From positions 59,892,001-59,956,000 of the forward strand of contig JAGIQG010000002.1 in assembly GCA_024679065.1 (NCBI GenBank): 64,000 nucleotides of DNA. Reading direction: 5' to 3'. The translations under genes were made by a program, and so were the position numbers. The notes under the pieces were generated by a model. That model saw only the letters and a list, made by a program, of their open reading frames with translations, made no database searches and was not told where the DNA came from. Each line of letters begins with the position of its first letter. Position 1 is the first letter of the stretch. This document shows positions 38,561-51,379 of the stretch, one piece after another. The stretch comes from Sphyrna mokarran. Its lineage: Eukaryota.

Positions 38561-39029
38561 AATAGTGCCATTGTGTAAAAATCTTCTCAGCACAAGAGCA
38601 TTTTGATCTGAAGCCTACCTTTTCTTCTCGAAATTCATCATCCACCCGCTCCGCCTTAACTGTATTGTAGCCGGGGCCGGGGGGGTCCAGGAGGCAGGGA
38701 GGGTTGCCCTGCTGGTGGGGGTCAGGTGTGCAGGGGGAGAGTCAGAATTGTGAGGAAGAAGGGTGTTGAGATCTGGGGTGGGGTGTTGAGACAGCAGGTT
38801 GGGTGGGGGATGGTGAGAGAGGAATCAGGAGATAGGGATATCCAAGAGGGGCTTGCGAATGGAGATTGAAGTGGGTTGGGGGAGAGGTGGGATCAACTCT
38901 GGCCTGGAGATGTCTAGAAGGCATCTTCCTCTGGGTGCCTTCCAGAGGTGAGATGAGAGGGGAAGGTGTGGGAGGAGGATTGGAGAGGGCTGTGTTTCCG
39001 GAATACGATCAAAATTCGTAGATGTCGTA

Positions 39030-39535
39030 AAGGTCTCAAAAGATTGGAAAACTGCAATATAATAAAACCATTCAAGAAAAGGAGGGAGACAGAGTGCAGA
39101 AAAATATAAGCTAACATCTTCATTGGGAAAATGCTGAAATTCATAATTATGGAAGTAGTAGCAAGACATTTATAAAATGTAATAATTTATAAAATAATAA
39201 TATATTAAGGTAAAGTCAGCATGGTTTTATGAAAAAGTATTATATTTATCAAATTTATCAAAGTGCTTTGAAGGTGTAACATACAGGGTAGACAAAGAGG
39301 AACCAGTAGGTGTAATGTTTTTGGATTTCCAGAGTCTTTAATAATGTACCACATGAAAAGGGTGATATTTTATCATGGATAGAACATTCGCTAACCAACA
39401 GGAAACAGAAAATTGGGATAAATGAGCAAGTTGGCAAAACATAACCAGGGCCTCATCTATTTAACATCCATGTTAATAGTTTGGATGAAGGGACAGACTG
39501 TATTGTAGCCAAGTTTGCTGATGATCCAAAGGTAG
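39030..39535 (+). mobile_element. Old CR1 RT fragment
   Basis: DWKTANI.PFKKR, QHGFMK, KFADDPKV-like motifs. Confidence 0.8.
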
Positions 39536-40479
39536 GACCTCTTATTTCTTAAACCCTGCCCTCTACATCTAGATTCCGTCATGAGAAGAAATATCCTCTC
39601 ATGATTCATTTTGTCAATCAAGACAACCCCCATTTTACCTGTTTCATTAAGGTTATTCTCTCAGATGTCTCAATTCCAAGGAGTAGAGTGGCTGAATGAG
39701 CATGATAGGCACAGTCACTGATTCCACTAATGGAATTCCATTTATTTTGTCAAACCATGCCAGCCTCTACTTGCTGTGATGCTGTGCCACAAAGTTCTTG
39801 TGTGCATCAGCATATGGAAAGAATTTATCTGTGAAATTGAAAAGGCAATGGTGAATTGTAATCTGGTTGACCATTGCCAAGCCTTCTGTTCTGCCTGGAA
39901 GGAGCGTATGTTTAATTGTGACGATTTTAATTACATAAGCATGATAAAGATATCTTTGAAATCATTGCAAAAATGTAATCCAACTATTTGTGTATGGCCA
40001 TTTATTTAAAGTTACATGCAAAGAAACATAGGATAAAGGAACAAGAGTAGGCCATTCAGCCCTTCAAGCCTGCTCCACCATTTAATAAGATCAGAGCTGA
40101 TTTGGTTGTAGTTTCAATTCCATTTTCCTGTCTACATCTCATGATCCTTGATCCCCTTGTCCCTAAAAAATGGCATCCAGTAGCTACAAAAGGTGATGAA
40201 TCTGTAACACATAGTCTGTTTAAGTGGGGGTGTCTTCACTTAATGGACCTCTATTGAAAGTTGCAAAGGCCAATTTTGAGAGGTAAGTTGTGCCACATTG
40301 CCGCACATGAATCTGCCAACTGACATTTCTGTTTTCAGCAGTACCATTTGTTGCCAAGCTGCAGTAGCCACTTATTTTCATGATGCTGCGCATCAGCCCA
40401 CATGAAATGTTGGTATTTCCCTTTTTGCCAGCTAATAGCTGATAGTTTAGAAAGTCAATATATAGGGTCTTTTGTGTTG

Positions 40480-41854
40480 GAATTTTTTAATTCTATCAAG
40501 ATAGGTAAGTCGCCGGGACCAGAGGGGATGTACCCCAGGCTATTGTGGGAGGTGAGGGAAGTGATTGCAGAGCCTCTAGCAATGATGTTTGCATCATCAA
40601 TGAAGATGTGAGAGGTTCTGTAGGACTGGAGGATTGCGGATGTAGTTCCTATTTTCAAGAAAGGGAACAGGGATAGTCCGGGAAATACTGACCGGTGAGT
40701 CTGACCTCAGTGGTTGGTAAGTTGATGGAGAGGATCCTGATGGACAGGATTTATGAGTATTTAGAGAAGTTTAGCTTGATTAGAAATAGTCAACACGGTT
40801 TTGTCAAGGGCAGGTCGTGCCTTACGAGCCTAGTGGAGGTCTTTGAAAATGTGACGGAACACATTGACGAAGGAAGAGCGATGGATGTGGTTTACATGGA
40901 TTTCAGCAAGGCGTTTGATAAGGTCCCCCATGCAAGACTTCTTGAGAAGGTGAGAGGGCATGAGATCCAAGGGGCTTTGGCCGTCTGGATCCAGATCTGG
41001 CTTGCCAGCAGAAGGCAGAGAGTGGTTGTGGATGGGTCTCTTTCTGCATGGAGATCAGTCACCAGTGGAGTGCCCCAGGGATCTGTTCTAGGACCTTTGC
41101 TGTTCGTTATTTTCATAAATGACCTGGATGAGGAAGTGGAGGGATGGTTTAGTAAGTTCGCCGACAATACGAAGGTTGATGGTGTTGTGGATAGTCTGGA
41201 GGGATGTCAGAAGTTGAAGAAGAACATATTGCTTAATACAGTGGAAAAGCCTATAAAAGAAGCTCAGTAGGAAACTTGTCTCTGCATAGAATTATTTCCC
41301 ACAAGAGACTCCATATAATTTGGTATACTATGTGCAGTTCTATTTGCCTCACTACAGGAAGGATGTGGAAGCTATTGAGAGGGTGCAGAGGAGATTTACA
41401 AGGATGTTGCCTGGATTGGGAGGCATGCCCTATGAAGATAGGGTGAAGGAGCTAGATCTCTTCTCTCTGGAGAGACGAAGGTTGAGAGGCAACCTGATAG
41501 AGGTTTATGAAATATTGAGAGGAATAGATAGGGTGAATTCTTGGAGGCTATTTCCCATAGCTGAAATGGTTGCTACAAGAGGACACAGGTTTAAGATGCT
41601 GGGCAGCAAGTACAGAGGAGATGTCAGGGGTAGGTTTTTCACTCAGAGAATGGTGAGTGAATGGAATTGGCTGCCATTGGTGGTGGTGGAGGCAAACTCG
41701 CTGGGGTCTTTTAAAAGACTTCTGGATGAGCACATGGGATTAAATGGGATTGGGAATTACAGGTAGTTCTATGGCCTGGTAGGTATGAGTATGATCGGTA
41801 CAACTTGTGGGCTGAAGGGCCTGTTTGTGCTGTAGTATTCTATGTTCTATGTTC
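40480..41854 (+). mobile_element. Young CR1 LINE (RT to tail) with an internal deletion and filler
   Basis: ORFs 40695-41270 ([41 protein letters not shown]) and 41320-41766; tail ttctatgttctatgttc; same subfamily as 4061-5283. Confidence 0.95.
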
Positions 41855-42234
41855 ATGTCATGCTTGCAAAACTCTTGAAGTGGAGTCTTACGAGAGCCTC
41901 TGTTCATCCGGCTCCAGCTCCCTCGCCATGCCGAAGTTCCATGGATGTGTGGATGTACCAAAAGCTCTCTCTGCTTGGTTAGTGCTAACACACTTGGTGA
42001 CTCTGCCTTTGAGGGGACAACTACATTTGTAATTTTTCCCATGAAGTGTTACGAAAACTCAAATACTTAACCTTTATTAATTTGTAGGTCGGGAACTCCA
42101 GTTCCTGACAAACCTTAGGCTTCCTGCTCATGTGTTGGGCAGGGAATGGCCACACATGTGCAGAACTCCTTTGTTCCATTCTTCAGCCTGGGAACCAGCC
42201 CTACCCACTTGTTCAGAAGAATAGAAATCGAAAA

Positions 42235-42395
42235 AACTTTTAAGGGGTGTCTTGACAAATAAATGAATTGGATGGGAATAGAGGGATTTGATTCTTAGAA
42301 AGGTACGGGGTTTTAGTTAAGTCAGGCAGCATGGCTAGTACAGGTTTGGAAGGCCAAATCACTTGTTCCTGTGTTGTAATTTTCTTTGTTCTTCT
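42235..42395 (+). mobile_element. CR1 3'-UTR fragment
   Basis: tttaaggggtgtcttgacaaata..gggaatagaggga..tggaaggccaaa..tgttcctgtgttgtaattttctttgttc. Confidence 0.7.
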
Positions 42396-42407
42396 TAGTA
42401 TGAAAAT

Positions 42408-43280
42408 GTAGGTCAGATGACCTGACATGGAGTACCATCATTTTCTAGGTATCCCAAGAAGCCAAGCACAGGAGGGCAGCAGTGCAAAGGTCTGAAACTA
42501 AGGAGAGGAGTAGACTGATGTCCCAAAAGATTGTAATAGGTAAAGAATGAAGACAAGAGACAGCAAGAAGTCCCATTAAATAAAATTAAAGAAAGGAGCA
42601 AAACAATAGGCTCTAAGTTCAAGAAAGAACTATAGAGAATAGACTTGAAGTGAATTTGGAACAAAAGGAGCCCTAAAAATCCGAGGAGGCAGGCTAAGGT
42701 TGATGAATCTGTGTTGCAGGGATAAAGTACCCATTTAGAGCAGTGATGTTCTGCTTGACATGGCTGAAGATCTGAAATTATGCTTGGAAGATGAAACCGA
42801 GTATATTCCGACATCTAGGGAAAGAGACTCTTGGAAGGTGAGATTGAAACCTTGTGAAGTGGGTCATTGTTGAAGACATCCAAGTGGGAGTGACTTGTGG
42901 AGAGAATTCTAAGAGGAATTCTTCAAAAGAACTTCAAATGAGATTGGAAACCCTAATGAGAAAGATAAAGTTTCAATAAGAGTCACTGGCTCGCAGTGTG
43001 ACAAATGTCTTGGGTGGATTGTTGGTAATGTGATGTACCCAGTCACAGTTCACCTGTTGATCCACATATATCTCATACTTAATGTTAGAGTATAAGAGAA
43101 AGATGATAAATGGTTTTACTTAATAAATGTGTACAGTAAAATTTATTTTTGTTTAAAATCCGTGGAATCTTGTGGCTTTATTCACTTAGTAAGAGATTCG
43201 AATCTCAAGTTTTAATTACTTTGATCAGAATGTTTTCTGTAACTGGATCTCTACATCCTGGGGTCAGACCAAGGAGCATA
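42408..43280 (+). mobile_element. Solo-LTR-like sequence
   Basis: Purine-rich U3-like stretch, AATAAA at ~43122, end ggggtcagaccaaggagcataa; termini not exact. Confidence 0.45.
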
Positions 43281-43284
43281 AATC

Positions 43285-44200
43285 AGGGTATACTGCAGGC
43301 AGTAGAGATGGAAATTATTGAGCTTCTTATCTGGATAACTATAAGTTGCCCATATTTCACAACCATACAGCAAGGTGCTGAATATAGAGGTCTATGAACC
43401 ATTAGTTTGGTCTTAAGGGTCAACTTAGTATTATCTCATCTGTGATTCTCCACTCAATTAAAGTTAGTAGCTGCTTTCCCTGTATGTGTATTGAGGTCTG
43501 TATCAAGGGTCAAATGCCTATCACTGTGGACACAAGGCAGCAGAAAATTCTAATCACTTCCACTGGGTGTTGTTCAGTGAGATCAGCAGCAAAGGTGCAA
43601 CACCTTGTCCCATGACCACAGTTTTCTTGATGCTTGTAGTCAGAGGGAACAAGTTACAGGCATGGGAGAGAGAAGCCATGACTCCTTGTAGCTGCATTTC
43701 CATAGAGGTGATTAGCACAGCATTATCAGCATCGATAATGATGAAACTGATGAAACTGGGATTATCCATGCAATCCGCCACACATTTCACAGCAGTAGAG
43801 ATGGCCCGTCATTGTCCAGTGATGGGATTCAACAAGGACTCCTGTTGAATGCACCCTTTGCCACTGGGAAACCCATGGGCTGGAAGATTCTGGCATGAAC
43901 GTCTGAAAAGTTCTGGCCAATGTGATTTTGTCTTTGCTTTCAGCCTTGTTGGATTGTGGAGCTTGTCGTCAGACCAAATAAAAACGCTCTATATCTGCAG
44001 AGACAGCAGTGGTCGGTGCATGGTAGAGAAGATACCAAACAGAGTGAACGCTAGGACATATCCCTGTTTCACTCCCTTTCTTCACTCTGAAATTGTCAGA
44101 AGTACAACTATCAACATGCACAGAACATGTTGCCATGGAAGGAACAGATGAGACTGAGGAGCTTTGGTGGACAGCCAATTATTTCAAGACTGCTAAGAAT
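43285..44200 (-). mobile_element. RTE (BovB-like) LINE RT remnant with a MITE-like insert (~43770-43920)
   Basis: GVKQGYVLAFTLFGIF; ADNAVL..LQGVMASLSHACNLFPLTTSIKKTVVMGQ. Confidence 0.8.
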
Positions 44201-44569
44201 TTCTTGCTGAATTGTTTTAACTAGATGTATAATCTATATTTCAGAATACTTTGCTATTCTAAATACAAAATCAATACCTTCTTCAAAACACTAAAACTAT
44301 ATTGAATATTGAAATTTCAACTGTCTTTAATTTTCACGCTTTATAATGTGATCTTTTAAAGCTATGCAAGAATTTGCATTTTCTTTGATTTATGCTGTAC
44401 ATCAAATCAGAATTAAAGGCTAGACATAAAACAAAAATACAATATTCTGCATCCTATTTCTGCATCAGAGGAAATTATAACCGTATCCCATTCCTGTTAT
44501 TTCATAGCCTTGTGAAGACATCATACCTATGTGTGAAGTGATTATGCCACCAATCTACTTTTTCCCTTT

Positions 44570-44722
44570 AAAAGCAAATTATTGTAGATGCTGGATTCTG
44601 AAATCGAAAGAGAAAATGCTGGAAAATCTCAGCAGGTCTAGCAGCAGCTATAAGGAAAGAAAAGAGCTGATGTTTTGAATCCAGATGACCCTTTAAGATT
44701 TTCCAGCATTTTCTCTTTTGAT
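44570..44722. mobile_element. Short Penelope terminal-repeat-derived inverted unit
   Basis: Perfect 23-bp inverted repeat aaagagaaaatgctggaaaatct / agattttccagcattttctcttt; partial hammerhead stem II on the - strand (~44667-44695). Confidence 0.8.
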
Positions 44723-45729
44723 TACTTTTTCAATTTAACTGCATTATACTACAAGCTGTGTGGATAAAGTTGTTTGCTACCTCTGGGAAAATCTTGCCAA
44801 ATTTCTAGCGATTGCTGAAGACTCTGTAAACGATTGGCATAGAACTTGCATTTTGAACATAGAATCTGATAACAAAGTTTGTATATAAACATTAGGAGTC
44901 TTTTCTGCTTTTCCATCAGCTTTGTAGTACCCCCATGCTAAAAATGCTTCTACTTTATAACAATCTGGAAAGTTAGAAGTTTTGTTTCTATCTTTGCCAA
45001 TTAAATAAGGTTAATCTTATTTCAATGTATTTTTTTTCTGAACGGTTTAACTTAACCGCCCATGTAATTTGATATGAACATTCAGAAATCTATTGACAAA
45101 AATATATAGGCTGGATGTATTTTATGAAAGAAGATTTATAGTAATTGATTTCCTGCTATAATGCTGTTTACAATACCAGTACTGTGCTTGTAATATTCCT
45201 CCTTTACTACTTCCACACAGATAAATGTGGCAATATACTTGCGCCTGCTGCTCTAGTGCCAACTCCCGCTGCCACACAGTATGCATGATGTTGCAGCCGC
45301 TAACTAAATCACAGCAGGTTATTGGCTTATCACAGGAAACTTTTTAAGCCCAGGAAATGAATCACCAGGGTTAGCTTACAAATGGTGTTTATTATCATTT
45401 ACTTTTTAGTGCTCAAGGTTTATCTAACTTCTTTTATGCAAGTTATTTTTCTCCTGTCTCTGTGGACTTACTCCTGTTTTACATATCATTTTAGTTCTGG
45501 AATAAGTATCCTAATTGGTTGTATAATTATCAAGTGCCTTCACTGACTTTATCTGGTAATTTGATCTCTATTTAGGTCACATCTGAGATGGTCTCAATAG
45601 ACTTATGCTCATTCAAAACTCTACTGCTTGCATTCTATTTGGTGGGGAGTTTCACCATGGAAATTGTGCAAAGCTTATGATTTTCAATTATTATGTTCCA
45701 AAAACCTTGAGAAATCTGCCAGTGAATAA

Positions 45730-48350
45730 AGATCCACCTGATATCAAGAAGCAGCTGATTGCACTGGATACAGATAAGGCAATGGTCTCTGAGGATTCGC
45801 CGAACCCCCTAACAAAACTTTTCCAGTACAGTTACAATGCTGACATCTACCCAACAATGTGGAACATTGTCCAGGTTTGTGCTGTTCACCAAAGATGGGA
45901 CAAATCTAATCTGGCTAACCTCACGATGCTCCACTCCTCCAGCTTCCACCCCAAACACATTAAAGAAGCCATTCCCCATGGACAAGCCCTCTGTATACAC
46001 AGGATCTGCTCAGATAAGGAGGATCGCTCCAGAAGCTGAAAGATGCCCTCATAAGAACAGGATATGGCGCTCGAACTCATCGATCGACAGTTCTAACATG
46101 CCATAGCCAAAAATCACAGCGACCTCCTCAGAAGATAAACACGGGACATGGTGGACAGAGAACCCTTTGTCGTCCAGTATTTCCCCAGAGCGGAGAGGCT
46201 ACGACATCTTCTCCAGAACTTTCAACATGTCATTGATGGAGATGAATATCTTGCCAAAGCCATCCCTACACCCCCACTTCTTGCCTTCAAACAACTGCAC
46301 AACCTCAAATAGACCATTGTCTGCAGCAAACTACACAGCTTTCAGGAACGACACCACACAATCCTACCACAGCAATTTCTGTAAGACGTAGCAGATCATC
46401 GACATGGATACCATCATCTTACATGAGAACATCACCTACTAGGTACATCGTACATACTCTTGCAACTCGGCCAAAATTATTTACCTGATATGCTGCAGGA
46501 AAGAATGTTGAGGCATGATACATTGGGGAGATCATGCAGATGCTACAACAACAGATGAATGAACACTGCTCGACAATCATCAGGCAAGACAGTTCTCTTG
46601 CTGATGGGAACACTTCAGTAGTCATGGGCATTCGGCCTCTGATTTTCGGACAAACATTCTCCAAGGCAAACTTCATGATGCACGACAACACAGAGTCGCT
46701 GAGCAGAGACTGATAGCCAAGTTCTGCACGTATGAGGATGGCCTCTACTGGAACCTTGGGTTCATGACACACTATCTGTCACCCCCATGACTTGCCTGGA
46801 CTTGCAAAACCTCACTAAATTTCCTATATGGAAACAATACACATCTCTTTAACCTTTGCTTAATGCTCTCTCCACTCACATTGTCTGTACCTTTAAGACT
46901 TGATTACCTGTAAAGACTCGCATTCCAACCATTACCTTGTAAATTGAGTTTGTGTCTTTCTGCCCTGTTTGTGATCAGAATTCCCACCCACTTGACAAAG
47001 GGACAGCTTGTTCTGAAAGCTTGAGGCCTTTGCTACAAATAAATCTGTTGGACTTTAATCTGGTGTTGTGAGACTTCTTTCTGTAATTTCCACTGCACCA
47101 GATTACTCTCACTGATCAGAAAATTGATGGAAGGTTTGAGAATGCTACAATTGCACTTATTTAGCAATGACTTGCTTACTGAGGCTCAGTTTGAGTTTCC
47201 ATAGGGGGACTTGGCTTCTAACCTTGTTATAGCGTTGGTCCAAACTGAATTACAGAGGCAAGATGAAAGTGACTGCCCTTTACTGTTTGACAGAGTGTGG
47301 AATCAAAGAATCCTTGCAAAATTGAAGGCAATGAAAATTGGAAGGAAAACACTTCACCTGCCAACATCATACATAGCACAAAGAAAGATCAGAGTTATTA
47401 GAGGCTAATCACCAGGGATCATTTCAGGGTTCTTCAGGATAATGTCCAAGGCCAAACCATAATCAGTTACTTCATCAATGACCTTCTCATCATCAGAAGA
47501 TCAGAAATTGATTGTTTGGTGATGATTGCATTGTGTTCATTTCAATTGGTGACTCTTCAGATATGGAAGCAGTTGCTTTGCAGAAAAACATGGGCAACGT
47601 CCAGACTAATAATTGGCAATAACATTCCCACCACACAAATATCCACAAAGGCCATCTCCAACAAATGAATAGCTAACTATCTCCTTTGATGTTCAAAGGC
47701 ATCATCATTGTCGAAACTCCACCTTCAACATCCTAGCATTAACTTTGGCCGGAAACTGAACTGGACCAGCCATATAAATACTGTGGCTACAAGAGCAGGT
47801 CAGAGGCTAAGAATTCTCTGGCAAGCAACCCACCTCCTGACTTCCAAAAACCTGACCATCATCTACAAGGCACAAGTCAAAATATAATAGAATACTTTCC
47901 ACTTGTCTAGAAGAATGCGCTTTCAACAACACTCAAGAAGCTTAACATTAATCAGTTTAAATTGACCTCTTGTTCAGCATCACATTCAGCACCTTCAACA
48001 TTCACTCCTTCCACCACAAGTGCACGGTGGCAGCAACCATTTACAAGATGTCACTGCAACAACTCATGAAGATTCTTTTGAAAACTGCTTCTGAGTCTGT
48101 GAACATTACCACTTGGAAGGACAAGGGTAGCAGACACAAGGGAACACCACTATCTGCACCTTCTCCTCAAGCCACTTGACACCTAGAATAATATTGCAGG
48201 ATCAAAATTCTGGCTCTCCCTTCCCAACAGCACTGTGAGTGTACATACATCATATGGAGTACAGCAGTTTGAGATGACAGTTACCAACAGCAATTAATAA
48301 ATACTGTTCTTGCAAGCAAACCTCAAATCCCATGAAGGAACAAGAAAATA
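45730..48350 (+). mobile_element. LINE family B (Jockey group) RT to 3' end, interrupted by Penelope at 45915-47082
   Basis: DIKKQLIALDTDKAM..PLTKLFQYSYN..DKSNLAN, then FDRVWNQRILAKL, FINDL, KLNWTSHINTVATRAGQRL, TIYKAQV. Confidence 0.88.
45915..47082 (+). mobile_element. 5'-truncated Penelope-like retroelement (RT C-terminus, GIY-YIG, terminal repeat)
   Basis: LTMLHSSSFHPKHIKEAIPHGQALCIHRICSD; YLICCR..YIGEIMQML GIY-YIG remnant; end aataaatctgttggactttaatctggtgttgtgagacttct. Confidence 0.92.
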
Positions 48351-49799
48351 AATCCCTGATGTCAGCAGAGACTTGAGAAATAACTTCCTTTCACTTTATT
48401 TCATTTTTTATTCCACTTCACACATTTGAAGTAAAGGCTCTGGTGTGAGAAAATTCTATTCAACCAATCAAATTCATCAAAATCCTAGTGAGGACTTATC
48501 TTGACCATTTTATTTGTCATTTTCTTTTCAAAATTCATAACTCTCTACCTCCTGTTGTGTTAGGATTCATCCAACTTCCTTGTGAAAGCTTCAACTGAGT
48601 CACTGCTGCAGATGGCAGTCTAGTAGTCAATAATTACAGGCATGAACAAGTTATTTATCATGCCAAATTTAACGTATCCTTTTTGGGTTTATAATCATCT
48701 CCTCCGTTTTCCGATTTTGGCACAAACACCTCTCTACATCCATTTCATTTATTCCCTTCTATTTAGCCTTCTAAATGTTATGCTGATAATTCTAATATTA
48801 TCAATAAAGAATATGACATATCCACATCCAATATTTTGGTCTACATATTCATATTATAACCGGGCTCAAAGGTACTCCTTACCTCTGAGCAATTCAGTGG
48901 TCTGCATGTAAAATTGGAACAGGAATTCTCAGACAATCTTTGGACTGTTTGGGTGTGATATTTTAGGCAAGATGATATTCATAGAAAACAGATGTAACCA
49001 ATAACTCACTGAAGGCCATCAAGTTGGATTATGTCCTAAACCATTTAAGGATGTAACTAATGAAATTGGGTATATTCTGGGAGAACCTTTTGAGATTTCT
49101 TAGAAATGGGAAGTAAGTCACTAAAGATCAGGAGAATGATATTATTATACAAAAATAGACAAAAAGATAGTCCAGTAAATTGGAGATCAGTGTGGGAAAA
49201 ACACTGGAGGTAACTGAAGGAATGAATGGTGAACATCTGAAGAGATGCAAAGCTATGCAACGAGCATTTTTCAAGAGAAAAAGATTCTAACTGATAAATG
49301 TTTTAGATTCTTCCTGACAGATTCTGTGTGTAAAATGGTTCAGGCTATGTTATTCAGCTTAGAGGTCAATTCAGCTTCCTCTACTTTGGTGAGAGATTGG
49401 CCCACAAGCTTAGAATGAACATTTAGATGGAGAGCCTCTGAAATGGATCACAATTAGCTGGAACAGAGGAAGGAAAAGGAAGTTGTAAAAAGAACTTTAC
49501 TATTTAGAATTGGTCATATGAGGAGACTTCGAGGAGGACAGCAAAATGCTTTAGAAATGTCCACAAAGCATTCCTGAAGAGGTCAAAATACTGACTATTG
49601 GAAGACCCTGACTTGTGGTCTACCAAACTGGTGAAGTTTCATTCAGGAAGGCACTGAACACATTCAGAATCTTCATCAGGAACATGCAACGGTGAAGTTG
49701 AGGGATCAGAGTGAGTACACAAATGTCCAAACAACATGTCTATCCAAATTTATGAGGATTATCTGGCAACCCATGTGGCAGAGTCTGCAGAGTATGCAT

Positions 49800-51040
49800 T
49801 AGACTTATCAGCAATTTTAAAATTGGTCGGAATAAACACAAGGCATTCTCAGTCTAAAATAACGGTCTATGAAGAAAGAAGGAGAAGCAGGCATTGAAAG
49901 AGAATTTCACTGAGAAAGAAAGACTATATAAGAAGGATGAACCACCCATGGCTAGCTAAAGAAATTAATGATTGTGTTAAACTGAAAGGAAAGGCATAAA
50001 ATGCTGTGAAGATTAATGGCAGGCTAGAAAATTGGGAAAATTATAGAAATCAGTGGAGGATGAAATGAAATAAATTAGAATATGAGAATAAACTGACAGG
50101 AAGTATAAAAACAAGCAGAAAGAGCTAGTGGTCAAAAAGGAAGAGAATAGTTAAAGTAAATCTTGGTCTCCTAGGTACCTTATACCTAGAGCTTAAGGTA
50201 TTATTAATAGGAAAAACAAGGAAATAGCAGAGACATTGAACAAGTGTTTTGCATCTGTCTTCGTGGTAGCAAACATAAATAGTATCCCAACAACAGTAGA
50301 AAATAAGTTGTAAAAGATTTAAAGGAGCTTGATACAATCACTATCACTAGAGAAAATATGCTAAAGAATTAAAAAAGAACCAGAGAGTTGACAAGTTCCA
50401 TGGAATCTTAAAATAAATGGCTACAGGGATAGTGAACAGATTGGTTGTAAACATCTAAAATTCCCTAGAACTCAGGGGAAGCCCAGCAGAGTGGAAAACT
50501 GCAAATAGAATACCATTATTGAAGAAAGGGGGTAGACAGAGTTAGGAAACTACAGGCCAGAATGCCTCGTATCTATCATTGGGAAATGCTACAATCTATT
50601 ATTAAAAAATAACTAGCAGGACACTTAGTGCATTCAAAAGAGTCTAAATAGTTTTATGAAAGGAGCATGTTTGACAAATTTATTGAAAATGTACCAAACA
50701 AGACAGACAACGGGGATCTAGTAGATGTAGTACATTTGGAGTTCAAAAGGCGTTTGTGCCACATAAAAAGTTACTGGACAAGTTATGAGTTCATGTTGTT
50801 GGTGGTGATATCTTGGCTTGTGTGGAGGATTCATTAATAAGAAACAGGATGAATAGGACATTTTCAGAATGGCAAACTGCAGCTAGTGGTCTGGCACAGG
50901 GATCAGTGCTGGAGCCTCAACTGTTTATAATCTATATTAATAATTTGGATGAAGGAGCAGAATGTATTGCAGCTAAATGTTCTGATGATACAAAGATAAG
51001 TAGTAAAGCAATTTATGAGGACGACACAAAGGATGGAATT
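49800..51040 (+). mobile_element. Old CR1 ORF2 fragment
   Basis: PWLAKEI, EIAETLNKCFASVF, GLAQGSVLEPQLFIIYINNLDEG..SDDTKI. Confidence 0.85.
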
Positions 51041-51379
51041 TAATCTTTGAGGCTTAGATCCCAAAAACATAGATATGGATGTGGGTGTCTCTTCTGCTTG
51101 CCTGTCTGGTATGCTGGCATACTAGAGTCTAAAGGAAAACTGAAAGATTCAGTGATGGCCATGTGAAACATATGGATTGTGTGTATGGGTGGACAGGAAG
51201 TGGTTGAATCCACTGTTAGATGACCGAATAGCTTCGGTTGGACGAGGCAGGGAGCAAGTCAGTAGAGTTGATAACACTTGGAGGTCAATCTTTTATCCCC
51301 TTCACGGCTGTAAAATTTCAGCTCCATCATTGACTTCCTCACACTAGTATTTAATCTACAGTGACACCTCATCTTTCCT

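Noticed and set aside
45605-46039. 144-aa chimeric ORF (unique + LINE + Penelope RT)
   Set aside because: Chance in-frame junction created by Penelope inserting into LINE family B; ends at a frameshift and has no support for expression
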